Position numbers and translations under genes: made by a program | The notes under the pieces: generated by a model | The model's database searches: none | Told to the model about the DNA's origin: nothing | Seen by the model: the letters and a program-made list of their open reading frames with translations, nothing else | Shown: positions 37,429-53,319 of the stretch, piece by piece | Layout of the letters: each line of letters starts with the position of its first letter | How positions within the stretch are numbered: the stretch's first letter is position 1 | Assembly: GCF_009914755.1 (NCBI RefSeq) | Contig: NC_060926.1 | Direction: 5' to 3' (one strand) | Origin: the human T2T-CHM13v2.0 reference genome, Homo sapiens | Length of the DNA stretch: 64,000 nucleotides

Positions 37429-37687
37429 CTGAAACAGAAGACATTGCATCATCAATCAGTGACCATGAGGATAGTACAGCTTTTAAAAAACTGCTTGCCT
37501 TTGGGCAGAGGCCATGTTGAGGTTTCCACAACAGAGAAAATGTCTTTTTGTTTCTCAGGAGTGCAGGCTGAAGCACGTATGTTTTTACTGAAGATATGAG
37601 GGAGACGGGGGGAAACGGGAGAAGTAGGGCTTTACAGAAAGCAACTTCATAAAGTAGATGATCAGAAGGGAAGGGGCGCACTCAAAC

Positions 37688-37801
37688 CTGTATCAGTTCG
37701 TTTATTCGGTGGAGATCATCATCTGTTGCTGCTTTTTTCTTTGGGATAATCCCTTCCTGCAGGTTAGTAAGTCTTTCATAGACATCATGTTCTAGATTCG
37801 T
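37688..37801 (-). CDS. SAP130: SAP130 penultimate exon (114 nt; TNLEHDVYERLTNLQEGIIPKKKAATDDDLHRINELIQ)
   Basis: Translated by hand (not in the ORF track). Acceptor cccttttgtgtgttgcag|ACG and donor CAG|gtttga. 38 codons, phase 0-0. Confidence 0.93.
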
Positions 37802-37957
37802 CTGCAACACACAAAAGGGAGGGTATCATAAGCTCGGAAATATTTTTCTATGTCAACCCCAGGCAAATGAACCCACCTTCAATCACCTTTGTAAACTGTC
37901 TAAGAGTTGTTTGGGTGACAACGTCCTTTCTCCTAAGGACTAAGATACTAAGGTTTA

Positions 37958-38320
<363 letters not shown>

Positions 38321-38654
38321 TTATAATTTGCCATAGTTCAGAGCCTATCTTCAAGGATAACTTTTGAATACTGCCTTGAATCCACAATTCTTCTGAAACA
38401 CAAGTCTCCAAGTTTCATAGAAGTGATTTCTGCTAAGTCAGAAGTAGCCAAGGCACTACATTTTTTTAGATACTGACAACAGACAATGTTCTTCAGGTCA
38501 CTGCTACTGAAGAGGAAAAACTTTATGAGGTTGTTGCCTCCTCTTCACCTGCTGGTGAAGGAGGGATTCTTGCCCTAGGGTTATAGAAATGGCCAAACAT
38601 ATAAGATCCAACACTGGATGGATAAGATTAACAGCAGTTTATGAGTCACAAATA

Positions 38655-39971
<1,317 letters not shown>

Positions 39972-40194
39972 TGAGCCACCGTGCCTGGCCTCTACAAAAA
40001 ATTTTAAAAAATCAGCTGTGTGCAGTGGCTCACACCTGCAGTCCCAGCTGTTTGGGGGTGCTGAGGTGAGAGGATTAACTTAAGCCCAGCAGGTTGATCA
40101 TGGCTGTAGTAAGCCATGGTCGTGCCACTGCACTCCAACCTGGGTAACAGAGCAAGACCTTGTCTCAAAAAAAAAAAAAAAAAAAAAAAGAACA

Positions 40195-40490
40195 GGAGAG
40201 AGGGAGAGGTATGCCCCGGTCTCTGAATGATGATGTGTGTGACTGGCTTATCTGAGTAACATTGGAAATTGGAATACTGGAAGCTGGCAGGGAACTGGAG
40301 CCTACTACTCAGCAAGGAGCAGGAATTGTGTGCCTGGTCCCTGTGGTATGAAGGGTTGTTTGCCTAGGAGACTTCATCTGAGGGAGCAGAGTTGGGAGGA
40401 GGGACTCTCGGTTAGGCCGTTTGAGGCTCCCCCTATTTCAGATGTCACAATATCACATAACACTGAATCTTAAATTTAGGTCTTACACCA
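40195..40490 (-). mobile_element. Probable ERV1 LTR fragment, family undetermined
   Basis: The minus strand starts 'tgtaagacctaaatttaagatt..gacatctg..gcctcaaacggcctaacc', which resembles an LTR start. Confidence 0.35.
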
Positions 40491-40720
40491 CAGTTGTTCC
40501 ATATATTTTGGATCTGGATACCAGAACTTAGATATATTTCAATTTTAATCACATGTAACTGACACAGTGTGATATTACATAGCACACATAAAAATTCTAT
40601 CATAACCCATGTTAGCTGGGAATGCTTCAGAGTTACTTTTAAAAAGTTCTATGAACTCAGCTATCTGCAGTGTCTTCTCCTCTCTTCAGCATGATGAACA
40701 ACTGCTAGAACTCCACCTAC

Positions 40721-40824
40721 CAGCTGTAGTAACTGGGCAGCACAGAGGTGGACTTTCCAGCCTTGAGCACGACAGGATACTCCTTTCTGATTAGCTATTT
40801 CCTGCAGCATAGCTTTCTTCTCCT
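40721..40824 (-). CDS. SAP130: SAP130 coding exon (104 nt; EEKKAMLQEIANQKGVSCRAQGWKVHLCAAQLLQL)
   Basis: Acceptor tttttatggttccag|AG GAG and donor CAG CTG|gtaggt. Phase 1-0. Confidence 0.95.
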
Positions 40825-40879
40825 CTGGAACCATAAAAAATAAAAATACATGTATTTCAGTGTTTAAAAAGGTAAATGA

Positions 40880-41218
<339 letters not shown>

Positions 41219-41780
41219 TAAGAACTTTTTTATTTGAGGTAATGGTTTCATCTAGGAGAGGCAAGCCAAGAGGACACCAGGCTGCTTACTCCCCTCCTTT
41301 ACCTCCACTAAGTGCTACCTCCTAAAGCAGGGCTGTCACTCAGAGAGAAGCTTGCCACGTGTCAAGCCAGGGCCTCCCCCATCTCTAAGGCCCTGGTTCA
41401 AACATTTTGCCGGAAGAAGTGGGCTGTAAAACAGATACCTTCTAATTTCTTCCTGAAGGAAGTGAGTCCATTTGCAAGAGTGTGAAGAAGTTCAAACCTA
41501 AAGGTGCTCCCCATAACAGTGGAGGCTGTGGCAAAGGGAATTGGTGGAGATTTGTGAACTAATGAAGATATAGCCTAGACTATGTGCAGGCTGGTTTGAA
41601 GGAAAGAACAAAGCATAAGACAGCTGGGGGAGCCTTTCCAAGGGCAGAACAACTTTATCAAATCAAGGAAGAACCCTTCTTTTTCTGTTTTTGAACACTG
41701 TTTATCATGAAAAGGTGTTTAATTTTGTCAAATTTTCTATATTGATTGATACAATCATGTGATTTTTCTTCTTTAGCTTT

Positions 41781-42589
<809 letters not shown>

Positions 42590-43019
42590 GGCCAGTTAAT
42601 ATGGTGGATTACTTTGGTTTTCAAATGTTGAACCAGCTTTGCACAGCAAGAAAAAATTCTACTTGGTCAAGGTATATACTGCTGGATCTGATTTGCTAAT
42701 ATTTTATTAATGCATTTTTACATCTATATTCATGAGGAATATTGATCTGTCATTTTCTATATTTGTACACTCTGTCTGGTGTTGATAGCATGAAAATATT
42801 GGCTTCATAAAATAAATTTGGAATGTCCTTGCCTATATTTTAAAAGACACTGCAGAGAAATGGATCATTACCTGGTCAGCCGATTATCTTATCAGTATGT
42901 AATATCCCTCTGTGTCTCTAGCAATTTTCTTTCCTCAGAATTTTACTCTATGTGACATTAATATAGCCACTCCTGCTTTTCTGTAAATTAATTTCATATT
43001 GTGTGAATTAATTTTGTAT

Positions 43020-43034
43020 TGTGTGTGTCTGTGT

Positions 43035-43082
<48 letters not shown>
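43020..43082. repeat. (TG)n microsatellite at an Alu tail
   Basis: About 30 TG units with two interruptions. Confidence 0.95.
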
Positions 43083-43085
<3 letters not shown>

Positions 43086-45148
43086 GAGACGGAGTCTCAC
43101 TCTGTCACCTAGGCTGAAGAGCAGTAGCATGATCTCGGCTTACTGCAAACCTCCACTTCCCGGGGATTCATGCAATTCTCCTGCCTCAGCCTCCTGAATA
43201 GTTGAAATTACAGGTGTGTACCACCATGCCTGGCTAATTTTTATATTTTCAGTAGGGACGAGTTTCACCATGTTGGCCAAGCTGGTCTCGAACTCCTGAC
43301 CTCAGGTGATCCAGCCATCTTGGCCTCCCAAAGTGCTGGGATTACAGGCGTGAGTCACCACACCTGGCTTGTATGTATTTTTCCAGTCTTTTACTGTCAA
43401 TCTACCTATGCCACTGCATTCAAAGTGAGTTTCTTGTACACAGCACATAGTTGGACTGTGTTTTTTCACTGATTCTGCCAATCTGTGTTTAATTGGTATG
43501 TTTAGACTATTTACATTTATGACAATAACTAGTATGTAAGGCTTAGGTCTGCCACATTACTATGTGTTTTCTGTACTTCTTTTTTGTTTCTCTTTTCTTT
43601 CCTGTGAGTTTTTTTTTTTTTTTTTTTTTTTGAGACAGAGTCTTGCTCGGTCACCCAGGATGGAGTGTGGTAGCGGTGGTGCGATCTTGGCTCACTGCAA
43701 CCTTTGCCTCCCGGGTTCAAGAGATTCTCCTGCCTCAGCCTCCTGAGTAGCTGGGATTACAGGCACCCGCCATCATGCCTGGCTAATTTTTTTGTGTTTT
43801 TAGTAGAGACAGGGTTTTACCATGTTGGCCAGGCTGATTTTGAACTCCTGACCTCCAGTGATCCGCCCGCCTCGGCCTCACAAAGTGCTGGGATTACAGG
43901 CGTGAATCACCGCGCCTGGCCTCCTGTGAGTTTTAGTCTATCTTGATGTATTTATATATAATTTATGTTATTTTATAGGTGAGGCAAAATAGCTGCACTA
44001 AAGTTTCATAGTCAAGAGGCACTGTGTAAAGGAGGTTAGTATGAATATATTGAAACAGAAGATTTAGGGATCATAAACCTTTCAGCTGTCAAGTTATCTT
44101 TCTTGAGATAGTTTTTGAAGAGCGAGTCCCAATAAGCATTTAGACTCTTGTAGTGTGGCTTGAAATGCTACCAGGCAAATTCCTAAATATTTTTTCTATG
44201 GAATTCTTGTGGCATGAAGAGATGTTTAGTGGTTCATATCCTACTTCCACTAAAAGGCAACACTCCTTGACCTCTGGAAATCTCACCCTCTTTCCAAACC
44301 TCAGAGTACACTTGTGAGGAAGAAAAGCTGGGAAATGTAGCCGCCTCTGTAATTCCATTCAGAAACTGAACTGTTAGCATGTCCACCTCTGCTTAATTAG
44401 TCAGTACTCCATCCAAGTTAGACTCATCTTGAGCCTTCAAGAAAACCCTTAGAGCAGTTTCCAAATGGGATTTATGTAAGAGAATGGGAAATGTGACCAA
44501 TTATCTAGAGGCTCACATTTCTTTGTACATATATTATATTTGAGATTAATGGCACTTAAAGTCCATCCGTAGAAATATTTGCAGGTATTTGCAAAGTACT
44601 ATCAGCATTTTCAATCATATGTGGGTTTATTAAAATGTTATTCTCAGGTTCCACCAGAACAACAGAACATTCATTGAGGGCTTACCTTAGACCACTCCAA
44701 GAGCGTTGCATATTTGTTAAACAAAAGATCTTTTGGCAAAAATGCTTACAATGCATGCGTATTTTTAGCATCTTAGGAACTACTGTGGACTGAGAACTGT
44801 GTTACACAGTAACCCAGTACAGCTCTTCCACAATGACTCTGGAAGCCACAGGTATCCTCTATCAGTACTTTGGGAGCTGTTAACATGTGGGTTTTACAAA
44901 AACCAAGGCTGTCACTTAACCATTAAACTGCAATTCCAATAAATACACACAGCTTGCTAGGGCAAAGGGTAATTTTCTAGGTTTTATATTCTACAGGATA
45001 TACTTAAACACTAAAGCCTCAAGATTTTGTAACAAAAACTTATGGTTTTTTTGAAACCGGAAAATTGTGGTTCTGTTTTTCTCTTCTATTTTAATTAAGT
45101 TTACACCAATTTCATGCATTAATATCAAGTGTTTCTGGGGAAACTAAC

Positions 45149-45274
45149 CTTTGACCCGGACGTCACTGTACCTCTGAAAGTGGTGGTAAGCAGCTTTCCA
45201 GGGGTTCCGATAGTGACGAAGCAAAGTAATGGGGGGTCTTGGACGCACTGGGACATATCTCACACCTTCCTCAT
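45149..45274 (-). CDS. SAP130: SAP130 coding exon (126 nt; DEEGVRYVPVRPRPPITLLRHYRNPWKAAYHHFQRYSDVRVK)
   Basis: Acceptor tcttctctttaacag|AT GAG and donor AAA G|gttagt. Phase 1-1. Part of the conserved SAP130 C-terminal domain. Confidence 0.95.
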
Positions 45275-45439
45275 CTGTTAAAGAGAAGACATTAAACAAC
45301 TTAGTAACACTGTCAACAATCCTCAAAGTTCATTTCCAGTAAGTGAGGTACGAGTGAGGCTGACTATGTAACGAGCCTCTGGGTTGGACTCTGACTTTAT
45401 TGGGAAGCATCATAACACAAGTCAGCCTGTGACCATTAC

Positions 45440-45688
45440 CAATATACTCCTTGGGAGGAGACTTGCGCTTCTCAGCCTTCACCAGAAGACTCTTGGCAGT
45501 GGACTTCTCATCATCAGTGCTGTTTGTCTCCATCATGTCACCTTCTTCTGTTGAGATCACATGCTGTTGCTTTCGAGGCTTTTTCCTTGGGGAGGCACCA
45601 GGTGGTAGGTCACTTGTAGGCATGGACAAGTTGTTTGCCAGCAATGCAAGAGATGGAGACACAGTGTTGGTAGCCAGTGGAGGAACTG
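45440..45688 (-). CDS. SAP130: SAP130 coding exon (249 nt; AVPPLATN...SPRKKPRKQQHV...KRKSPPKEYI)
   Basis: Acceptor ttttcctatgacag|CAG TT (NAGNAG) and donor ATT G|gtaatg. Phase 1-1, in frame with both neighbouring exons. Contains the basic NLS-like motif PRKKPRK. Confidence 0.95.
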
Positions 45689-45794
45689 CTGTCATAGGAA
45701 AAGGAGCACACATATCTGTAAGAACTCAAAGATAACAGAAAGTTTCACTTCCTTCCTTCCAACAAAGACGATTAAGAAGACAGCACAGAGCACC

Positions 45795-46490
45795 AACATT
45801 TATTGTCTTCCTATGTGTCTGGCACTGTGCTAAGCACTCTGTGGCAGAAGCTGCAAACTCCTCCCTTATAGCCCATATCTTCATCTTCCTTAGGTCCAGG
45901 ACGTCCTTTGACAAGGACACAATGATATTCAGCTAAAGAATGTACTTCCTAGCCTCCATTACAGGTGTGGTCATCTAAGATGGAAGTAGAAGTGTTTTGT
46001 AGCACTTTTAGCAAATTTCCAGGAGGGAGAGAGAGAGCAGGTGTGATCTCCTTGTCTTCTTTCTGTGATCCTGGAACTCAGACGAGATGGCTGCAGCATC
46101 AGCAGCTGTCCTGAATTAAGAGCATGAAGGTCAAATCCTAGGGGTGGTGGAGCAAAGAGGTGGAAGGAGCCTGGCTTTCTAATAATTTGATGAAGTCCAC
46201 ACACCATCCCTGAACTGTTTGCCTCAGGACTTGCTCCAAAGGAGATAACAGGACCTTATGAGTTAAGCTACTATTTTTCACACTTTTTAAACATAAATGC
46301 CTAGCAGGTAACCTATTAACTCATTATCGTAAAAATCATCTGAATAAGTAGGCATTATTATTATCCTCCAATTCACAGATGAGAAAATATGGCACAAGTC
46401 ACACAAGTATGAAGTGGGCAAGCTGGGATTGACAGAGGCAGTCTGGCTTCAGAGCTTGCACTCTCACCGACCGCAGTGTGCTACCTCCAG
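45795..46490. mobile_element. MIR split by an MLT1J-like LTR (~45840-46300)
   Basis: The MIR parts are 'catttattg..ggcactgtgctaagcact' and 'attattatcctccaattcacagatgagaaaa'. The MLT1 part is 'ggagcaaagaggtggaaggagcctgg'. Confidence 0.55.
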
Positions 46491-46599
46491 ATAAAAAGCA
46501 TGTGTTGTGAGGACGTAAACATTTGCTTGAGCTTGTATGAATCATACATCTAGGAATTTAAAAATCATGTTAAGGGCTCACCTTAACTCTTATTTTCAC

Positions 46600-49300
46600 T
46601 CTACCACATACTTGCCCTATTTTCCTCTACCCACTCTGCTGCCCACTCCCAACAGTCATACCCTAAACTTTCCTGTCACCATTAAATAGAAACTGCCTCA
46701 CACCCAATCTGAATTTCTAGCATTCAACTCCCTAGGTAAATCCAACTCCCTTTCTAGGTTCCTCCCCTCGGTACTCAGCCTCCAGCACTTCTTAGGCCTA
46801 CAAGGAACCTGTTCATCCGACCATGTTCCTGCAGTCACTCATCCCTCTCATGTCTATCCTCCCCCATCGCTAGGTCTGAACCCTATAATCACTGTATTCC
46901 TTTTCTTCCTTCATTGTCCCTTCCTTTTCTTGCTTTACTGTGCTCATTTAGCAAAAGGCCAAGAGGTTAAATCCTGTTCTCCAACCAGTCTGCACCTACG
47001 CAACTGAATGTCGCCAGAGGGAGACACACTACCATGCTGACTGGCCTCACTTGGACAACCCTATCTGTTAAGTCCAGTCTCTCTTGGGATGACTACTTCA
47101 CACCTTCTTCTCCCTCAAACACTCGATGCCTCCTCCACCATCTGTACTCTCAGTGGATGGCCTTGCTTTCTATTTTACTGAAAAAGATAGATGCAATCAC
47201 AAGAACATGTCCATCAAGTCCCACCGCCTTATCTCCCCATCTCCACTGTGTCCCTATATTCTCCTTCTCTCCATGCTTTCAGCAAAGGCCAAACTCTTCA
47301 GCTACACACAAATCCCACCCACTCTCGCCTCCTCAAACAGTGCTCCAGGAATTCACAGCTTTCTCCTGCATCATCAATTCTTCTCACTCTACTGGATCAT
47401 TCCTATTAACATACAAAACTCTTATTTGTCCCATCTTAAAAAAATCTTCTTCTTGGCCAGGTGTGGTGGCTCACATAACCCTAGCACTTTGGGAGGCTGA
47501 GGCGGGCAGATCATAAGATCAGGAGTTCGAGACCAGCCTGGCCAACATGGTGAAACCCCATCTCTACTAAAAATATAAAAATTGGCTGGGTGTGGTGGCA
47601 GGTGCTTGTAATCCCCGCTACTCAGGAGGCTGAGGCAGGAGAATTGCTTGAAACCAGAAGGCAGAGGTTGCAGTGAGCCAAGATCACGCCACTGCACTCT
47701 AGCCTGGGCAAAAGAGCACAACTCCATCTTAAAAAAAAAAAAAAAAAATCTTCTTGACATCATGTCACTTCAAACACCTTTTTTCTCTTCCTTTAGAACA
47801 AATGCCTCAAACGTGCTGTTTATATATAATGTCTCTATCTCTCCTGGCTTTCTCCTGAACTTGCCCCCAGTCATGCTTTTACCCCATCATTACAGAAAAA
47901 CTGCTTTTCTCAAGACCTCTGTGACTTCTGTTTGCCAAATCCAAAGGTCACTGCTCAGACCTCATCTTCCTTGATCTCTCAAGAGCATGTGATCCACCTG
48001 ATCATTGTCTCCTCTCTGAAATATTTTTGTTCTTGCAACTTCCAGGACACCACATACTATAAGTGATATTCCTACCCTGTGTTCCCTCCATTCAGCCTCC
48101 TTTGCTGGACTTTACTTCCTCCCCCATCTCATGATAGCACAACACCATCCTAAGACTAGATCATGGACTGCTTCTGTCTTTATCAACATTCATTCCCTAG
48201 GTGATGTGAACGACTCATCCAGGCTCATGACTTTAAATACAATTTATATATATAATGACAACTCCCAAATTTGTATCTGCAACTTCATTTTCTATTCCAA
48301 AAGCCAGCCTCATAGATCCAACTATTTATTTGATGTCTACATTTGAAATGTCTAACAGACATCTGAAACTTACCCTATCAAAAACTAAACTCCTAATCTT
48401 TCCCTACAAAACATGGTCCTCCTGCAGGCTTTCCTAATTCAGCCAATGGCAACTCTATGGCTTCCAGTTGCTAAGGCCAAAAATCTTGGAAATTGTCCCA
48501 GATACTGTTCTCTCACACTCAACATCCAATCATTACACACTCTTAGCTCTACCTTAAAAACATAAACAGAATCCTACCACCTCACACCACTTCCGCTACT
48601 ACTACCCTGGTTGAGCCTTCATTGCTCCTGGCAATTAATGCAACAGCCGCTTGACAGGTCTCCCCGATTCCATCCCTGTTCCCAGAGTCTGTTCTTTCCC
48701 CAGCAGCCAGAGTGTTTATCTTCAGTCCTAAGTGAGTGCTTGGCACTGCTCTGCTCACACTCCCTGCTCTGCTCCAACAGCTCCCTGCCAACCCCAGCAA
48801 AGCCAAAACCTTTACAACAGCCTGTGGGCCCTGTTCTACCATGATCTGATCCTGCTGCCTGCCACTCCCCTTATTACTTAGCTCCAGCGACCTTTGGTTC
48901 TTTGCTATATTTTGAGCACATCACGCATGCTCCTATCTCAAGATTTTTGTACTTACTGCTCTCTGGCCTGGAATACCCTTTCCCCGGATATCCTCATGGC
49001 CAGGAACTTCATTTCTTTAATGTCTCTACTCAATGGTCACTTCCTCAGTGAGGCTTTCTCCTAAAACTCTTTACACACATTCCAGCCCTGGCTACAACTT
49101 TCCTTATATTTTGTCCCTGCTTTGTTTCTCCATAGAACTTATCACCCAAACATATATATACATACATACATACATATATAATTTAGTCATCTTTTTGCTT
49201 TTGTCTCCCTTGCTAGAATGTAAGACCTAAGAGGATAAAGCTGCATTTGTCTTACACAAAGTTGCATCGTCAGTGCCCAGAACAATTCCTGGAATAGACT
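46600..49300 (+). mobile_element. LINE-2 (L2a-like), long ORF2/3' fragment with an Alu inserted (47455-47748)
   Basis: CT-rich sequence with the RT-adjacent relic 'SCIINSSHSTGSF..YK..ICPILKK' in ORF 47034..47516 and the L2 3' end 'ctagaatgtaag..cagtgcccagaaca..cctgg'. Confidence 0.8.
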
Positions 49301-50263
49301 CCTATAGGTTGAGGTAGGATTACAGGCAGTTTCCTAGCACAGAGAGGTAAAGGGAACCAGCGAAAAAGAGCAGGTGAGTAGCATAACTGAGGGTGCTTCA
49401 TTTTTCCCTTCTGGATTACTCATGGTATCTTTTGAAGAAAGTGCCAAGGGTAAATATACCCACAGAAAGAGATTTCATGGCAGAATAAACAGATGAATAA
49501 ATAAACAGTAGATTAAAAAAACTACAGACACAGCACAATCACACCTCTATCGGGCAAACAGCATGAGAAAGAAATGGAGGACTTCTCACTGAAATAGCAG
49601 GTAATACTGGGTACCAGAGCACAAATAACTTGCTTTCTTCTTTGGATTTGTTTATACTTCACACAGTTTGTATACTGAATATGTTACTTTTGTAGGAAAA
49701 ACAAAATTCCACATAAATTATTAAAAAAAAAAAAGAAAGAAAACCTCTCAAGTGACTTGACTTTCTCAAACCGGAAGTTTGGAGTTAAGATGAAGTGGTA
49801 AAGGGAGAAATGAATTGTTTTAAGATTTTACTAATCACATATAGGTTTTTCAGCAACACAAATCTTACTTGATTGTATAACAAGGCAATGAAACTTGGAA
49901 TAAATAGTACTAAAGCCATATTGTGCCTCCTTTTACATAGTAGTATTTTCTTAATACTACTTTCTTAATACTACTAGGCATGGAAGGAAACTATGTTGAA
50001 GGATATCCATGGGGAAATATTAATCTCTTTCATGATTTTGGCCAGAAATTAAACTTTATTACAAAAGGGAAGCAAAGTAGTTTTACTTTTCACAATGAGT
50101 TTACTGCTTTCTTCTACTTATCAAAAACTAATGACATGCAACATCTAAAATGGGTTATCAGGGAGTCTTGGCTGAGGGTTACAGAAGAATCTGGATGCTG
50201 GAGGAGAATTAGGGAAGGGGAAGAGGCAATTGCCAATGGAGAGTATTCTATGGACGGACTTAC

Positions 50264-50622
50264 CAGAAACTGGCCTCATGATATCCATTGGTTCTACTTC
50301 TTCTTTCACTTTAATTTCAGGAACGGGAGGGCCCAAGACGGAGGAAAGACTGCCACCCACAGTGACTGATGGAGGTGGTGCAGCTGCAATGGTGGTGATG
50401 GGTGGAGTGATGGGGACCGCTCCAGGAATGGTTGAAAGGGCAACGGCTGGTTGTGACGGGGGACTGGCTGCTGCAATCATAGTTGGAATGGTCGGTGGGG
50501 GCTGCTGGGCAGTTGGAGGGACGGCAATGGTAGGCTGATCATTATTTTGATTGGATACAGTCTCCATGGACACAGTGACCGGAGTGGCCATAGACACGTG
50601 GATTTCAGACTTGGGTTTGGCA
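50264..50622 (-). CDS. SAP130: SAP130 coding exon (359 nt; Pro/Thr/Ala-rich segment AKPKSEIHVS...PEIKVKEEVEPMDIMRPVS)
   Basis: Acceptor ttttcttttgtgttttag|T GCC AAA and donor TCT G|gtaagt. 1+357+1 nt gives 119 full codons inside ORF 50145..50675, and the peptide matches recalled SAP130. Confidence 0.95.
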
Positions 50623-50931
50623 CTAAAACACAAAAGAAAAGCACATGTAGCAAATAAGAAAAAAACTGCCTTCATCTACAACATCTCAGAGGATGAGTAT
50701 TTGTCCAATTATTTCTGTCCAGCACACTGCACAATTTATACTCTATTTCCTTTTTTTAAATTTTTAATTTTAAAAAAATTTTGAGACAGGGTCTCACTCT
50801 GTTACCCATGCTGGAGTGAAGTGGCGTGATCTTGGCTCACCGCAACCTCTGTCTTCTGGGCTCGAGGGATTCTCCCACCTCATCCTCCCGAGTAGCTGAG
50901 ACTACAGGTGTGTGCCACCATGCCAGGCTAA

Positions 50932-51066
<135 letters not shown>

Positions 51067-51344
51067 TAATACTCTATTCCTTGACTTTAAAGTTTAACAA
51101 AGCAATTTTAAATGGAAATCAGGTTTTAAAGATATACTGTATGTCCTGCTCCCAAGTTTTTATAAGCAGTAATAAAATTAACTAAGAAAATAACACTTTA
51201 AAGAACTCAAAGTCATATCGTCATAGCACAACCAATTTTCATAATATTAATGTATCTTTTCTCCCAGAATTCCTTAATATATATGTTGTCTTTGGAGTTG
51301 TTATTTTTCTGTTTTTTTTTCTTTTCTTTCTCTTTAGCTACAGT

Positions 51345-52250
51345 TGTAATTGAGAGGGACTGAGGTTGAGCTGATTACTAATGGCCAATGCCTAATCAAC
51401 CATTCCTGTATAAATGGAATTTCCATAAAAACTCTAAAAGACTGGGTTCAGGAGCTTCTGGGATAGCTAGCACGTGGAAATTCCTGGAGGGCAGGCGTGC
51501 CTGGAGAGGCCATGGAAGCTTCATGTCCCTTCTCCCAGGCCTTATGCTTCTGTTCCATTTGGTTGGTCATCTGCATCCTCTGTAATAGCCTTTATGAAAA
51601 TAGGTTAGTGTACGTAAAGTGTTTTCCTGAGTTCTGTGTGCTGTTCTAGCAAATTAATCAAACTTATGCATGGGAACTAGCTGGTCAGAAGAACAAGTAA
51701 AACCACCTGGGGCTTGCATTTGGCGTTGAAAGTTGGGTGCAGTCTTCCGCATGTTCTCACTCATAGGTGGGAATTGAATAATGAGAACACTTGGACACAG
51801 GAAGGGGAACATCACACACCAGGGCCTGTCATGGGGTGGGGGGAGGGGGAGGGACAGCATTAGGAGATCTACCTAATGTAAATGATGAGTTAATGGGTGC
51901 AGCACACCGACATGGCGCATGTAGGCATATGTAACAAACCTGCACATTGTGCACATGTACCCTAGAACTTAAAGTATAATAAAAAAAAAAAAAAAAAAAA
52001 GAAAGTTGGGTGCAGTCTTGTGGGACTGAGCCCTCAACCTGTGAGATCTGACACTATCTCCAAGTGTCATAATTGAATTGGAGGGCACCCACCTGGTGTC
52101 TTCTGCAAAACTGATTGGTTGGTTGCTGGGGAGAAATCCTTCCCCACTTCTTACTAACCAAAGGTCACAGAAGTTTCTGTGTTGTTGTTGAGTGAGAGAA
52201 GACAAAAACAAAAACACTTTGGTTTTTACTCCTATATTCTCAGATGAGAA
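51345..52250 (+). mobile_element. MER21-like ERVL LTR
   Basis: 'gactgaggttgag..tggccaatg..atcaacc', 'gttttcctgagttctgtg..tctagcaaattaatcaaac' and 'gtgggactgagccctcaacctgtgagatctgacactatctcca'. Confidence 0.75.
51747..52000 (+). mobile_element. 5'-truncated L1PA (about PA5-7) 3' end with a perfect 19-bp TSD
   Basis: L1 3'UTR plus poly(A), with the TSD gaaagttgggtgcagtctt at 51728-51746 and 52001-52019. Confidence 0.92.
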
Positions 52251-53319
52251 ATTGTATACTTGGGATTTTCAACCTATAGAAATGAAAATATTGAGTTGGG
52301 CACAGTGGCTCATGCCTATAAATTCCCAGCAGTTTGGGAAGCTGAGGCGGAAGAATCATCTGAGGCCAGGAGATCGAGACCAGCCTGGGCAAAATAGTAA
52401 GACCCCATTTCTTAAAAAATTTTTTTTAATTAGCCAGGTGCACTGGCATACACCTGTAGTTCCAGCTACTAAGGAGGCTGAGGCAGGAGAATTACTAGTG
52501 CCCAGGAGTCTGAAGTTGCAATGAGCTATAATTGTAACACTGGCACTCCAGCCTGGGCAACAGAGGGACTAGAAGTTCTGGAATACAAAAGTGTAAAGCC
52601 TGAAAGGGGAAAAAAAAGAAAAAACACTAGAGTCTGAACTGTATATTTGAATAGGCATAAGAAAGAACTGGCTAGGCGTGGTGACTCACGCCTATAATCC
52701 CAGTGCTTTGGGAGGCCATGGCAGGAAGATCGCTTGAGCCCAGGAATTTGACACCAGCCTAGTTAACATAGGGAAACCCCAAAACTACAAAAACAGAAAC
52801 ACTAGCTGGGCGTGGTGGTGTATGCCTGTGGTCCTAGCGACTCTGGAGGCTGAAGAGCAGGAGGACTGCTTGAGCCTGGGAGGTTGAGGCCGCAATGAGT
52901 TATGATGGCACCACTGAACTCCAGCCACAACAGAGCGAGACCCTGCCTCTTAAAAAAAAAAAAAAGATAAGTTATGGCAAAATATTAAAAGTTACATATG
53001 TTTGATTACTATTATTTTCTCTATTTTCTCAGACATTTACAGATTTTCATATTGAGAAGGCTTTAAGATAAAGTTGAAGATATCTAGAAAGAAAAAGAGA
53101 GAAGAGAGACAGTAAATAAGAGAGAAAAAATTAAAAAAATCAATTCTAGAAGTTCACCTGACAAATAAGAGTTTCCCCAAAAAAAGGAGGAGATGGAAAT
53201 TGAGTAGCAGAAAACAAATCATGAAAGAAATAATACATTAAGATTTCCCTGTACCGACCAATACAAGTTTTCAGACTGAAGAGACCACTGAGTATACAGC
53301 ACATATAAAACCAACCAAC

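Noticed and set aside
50230-50538. Plus-strand ORFs antisense to SAP130 exons (also 45451..45735)
   Set aside because: These are shadow ORFs from the codon composition of the sense exons, with no independent support.
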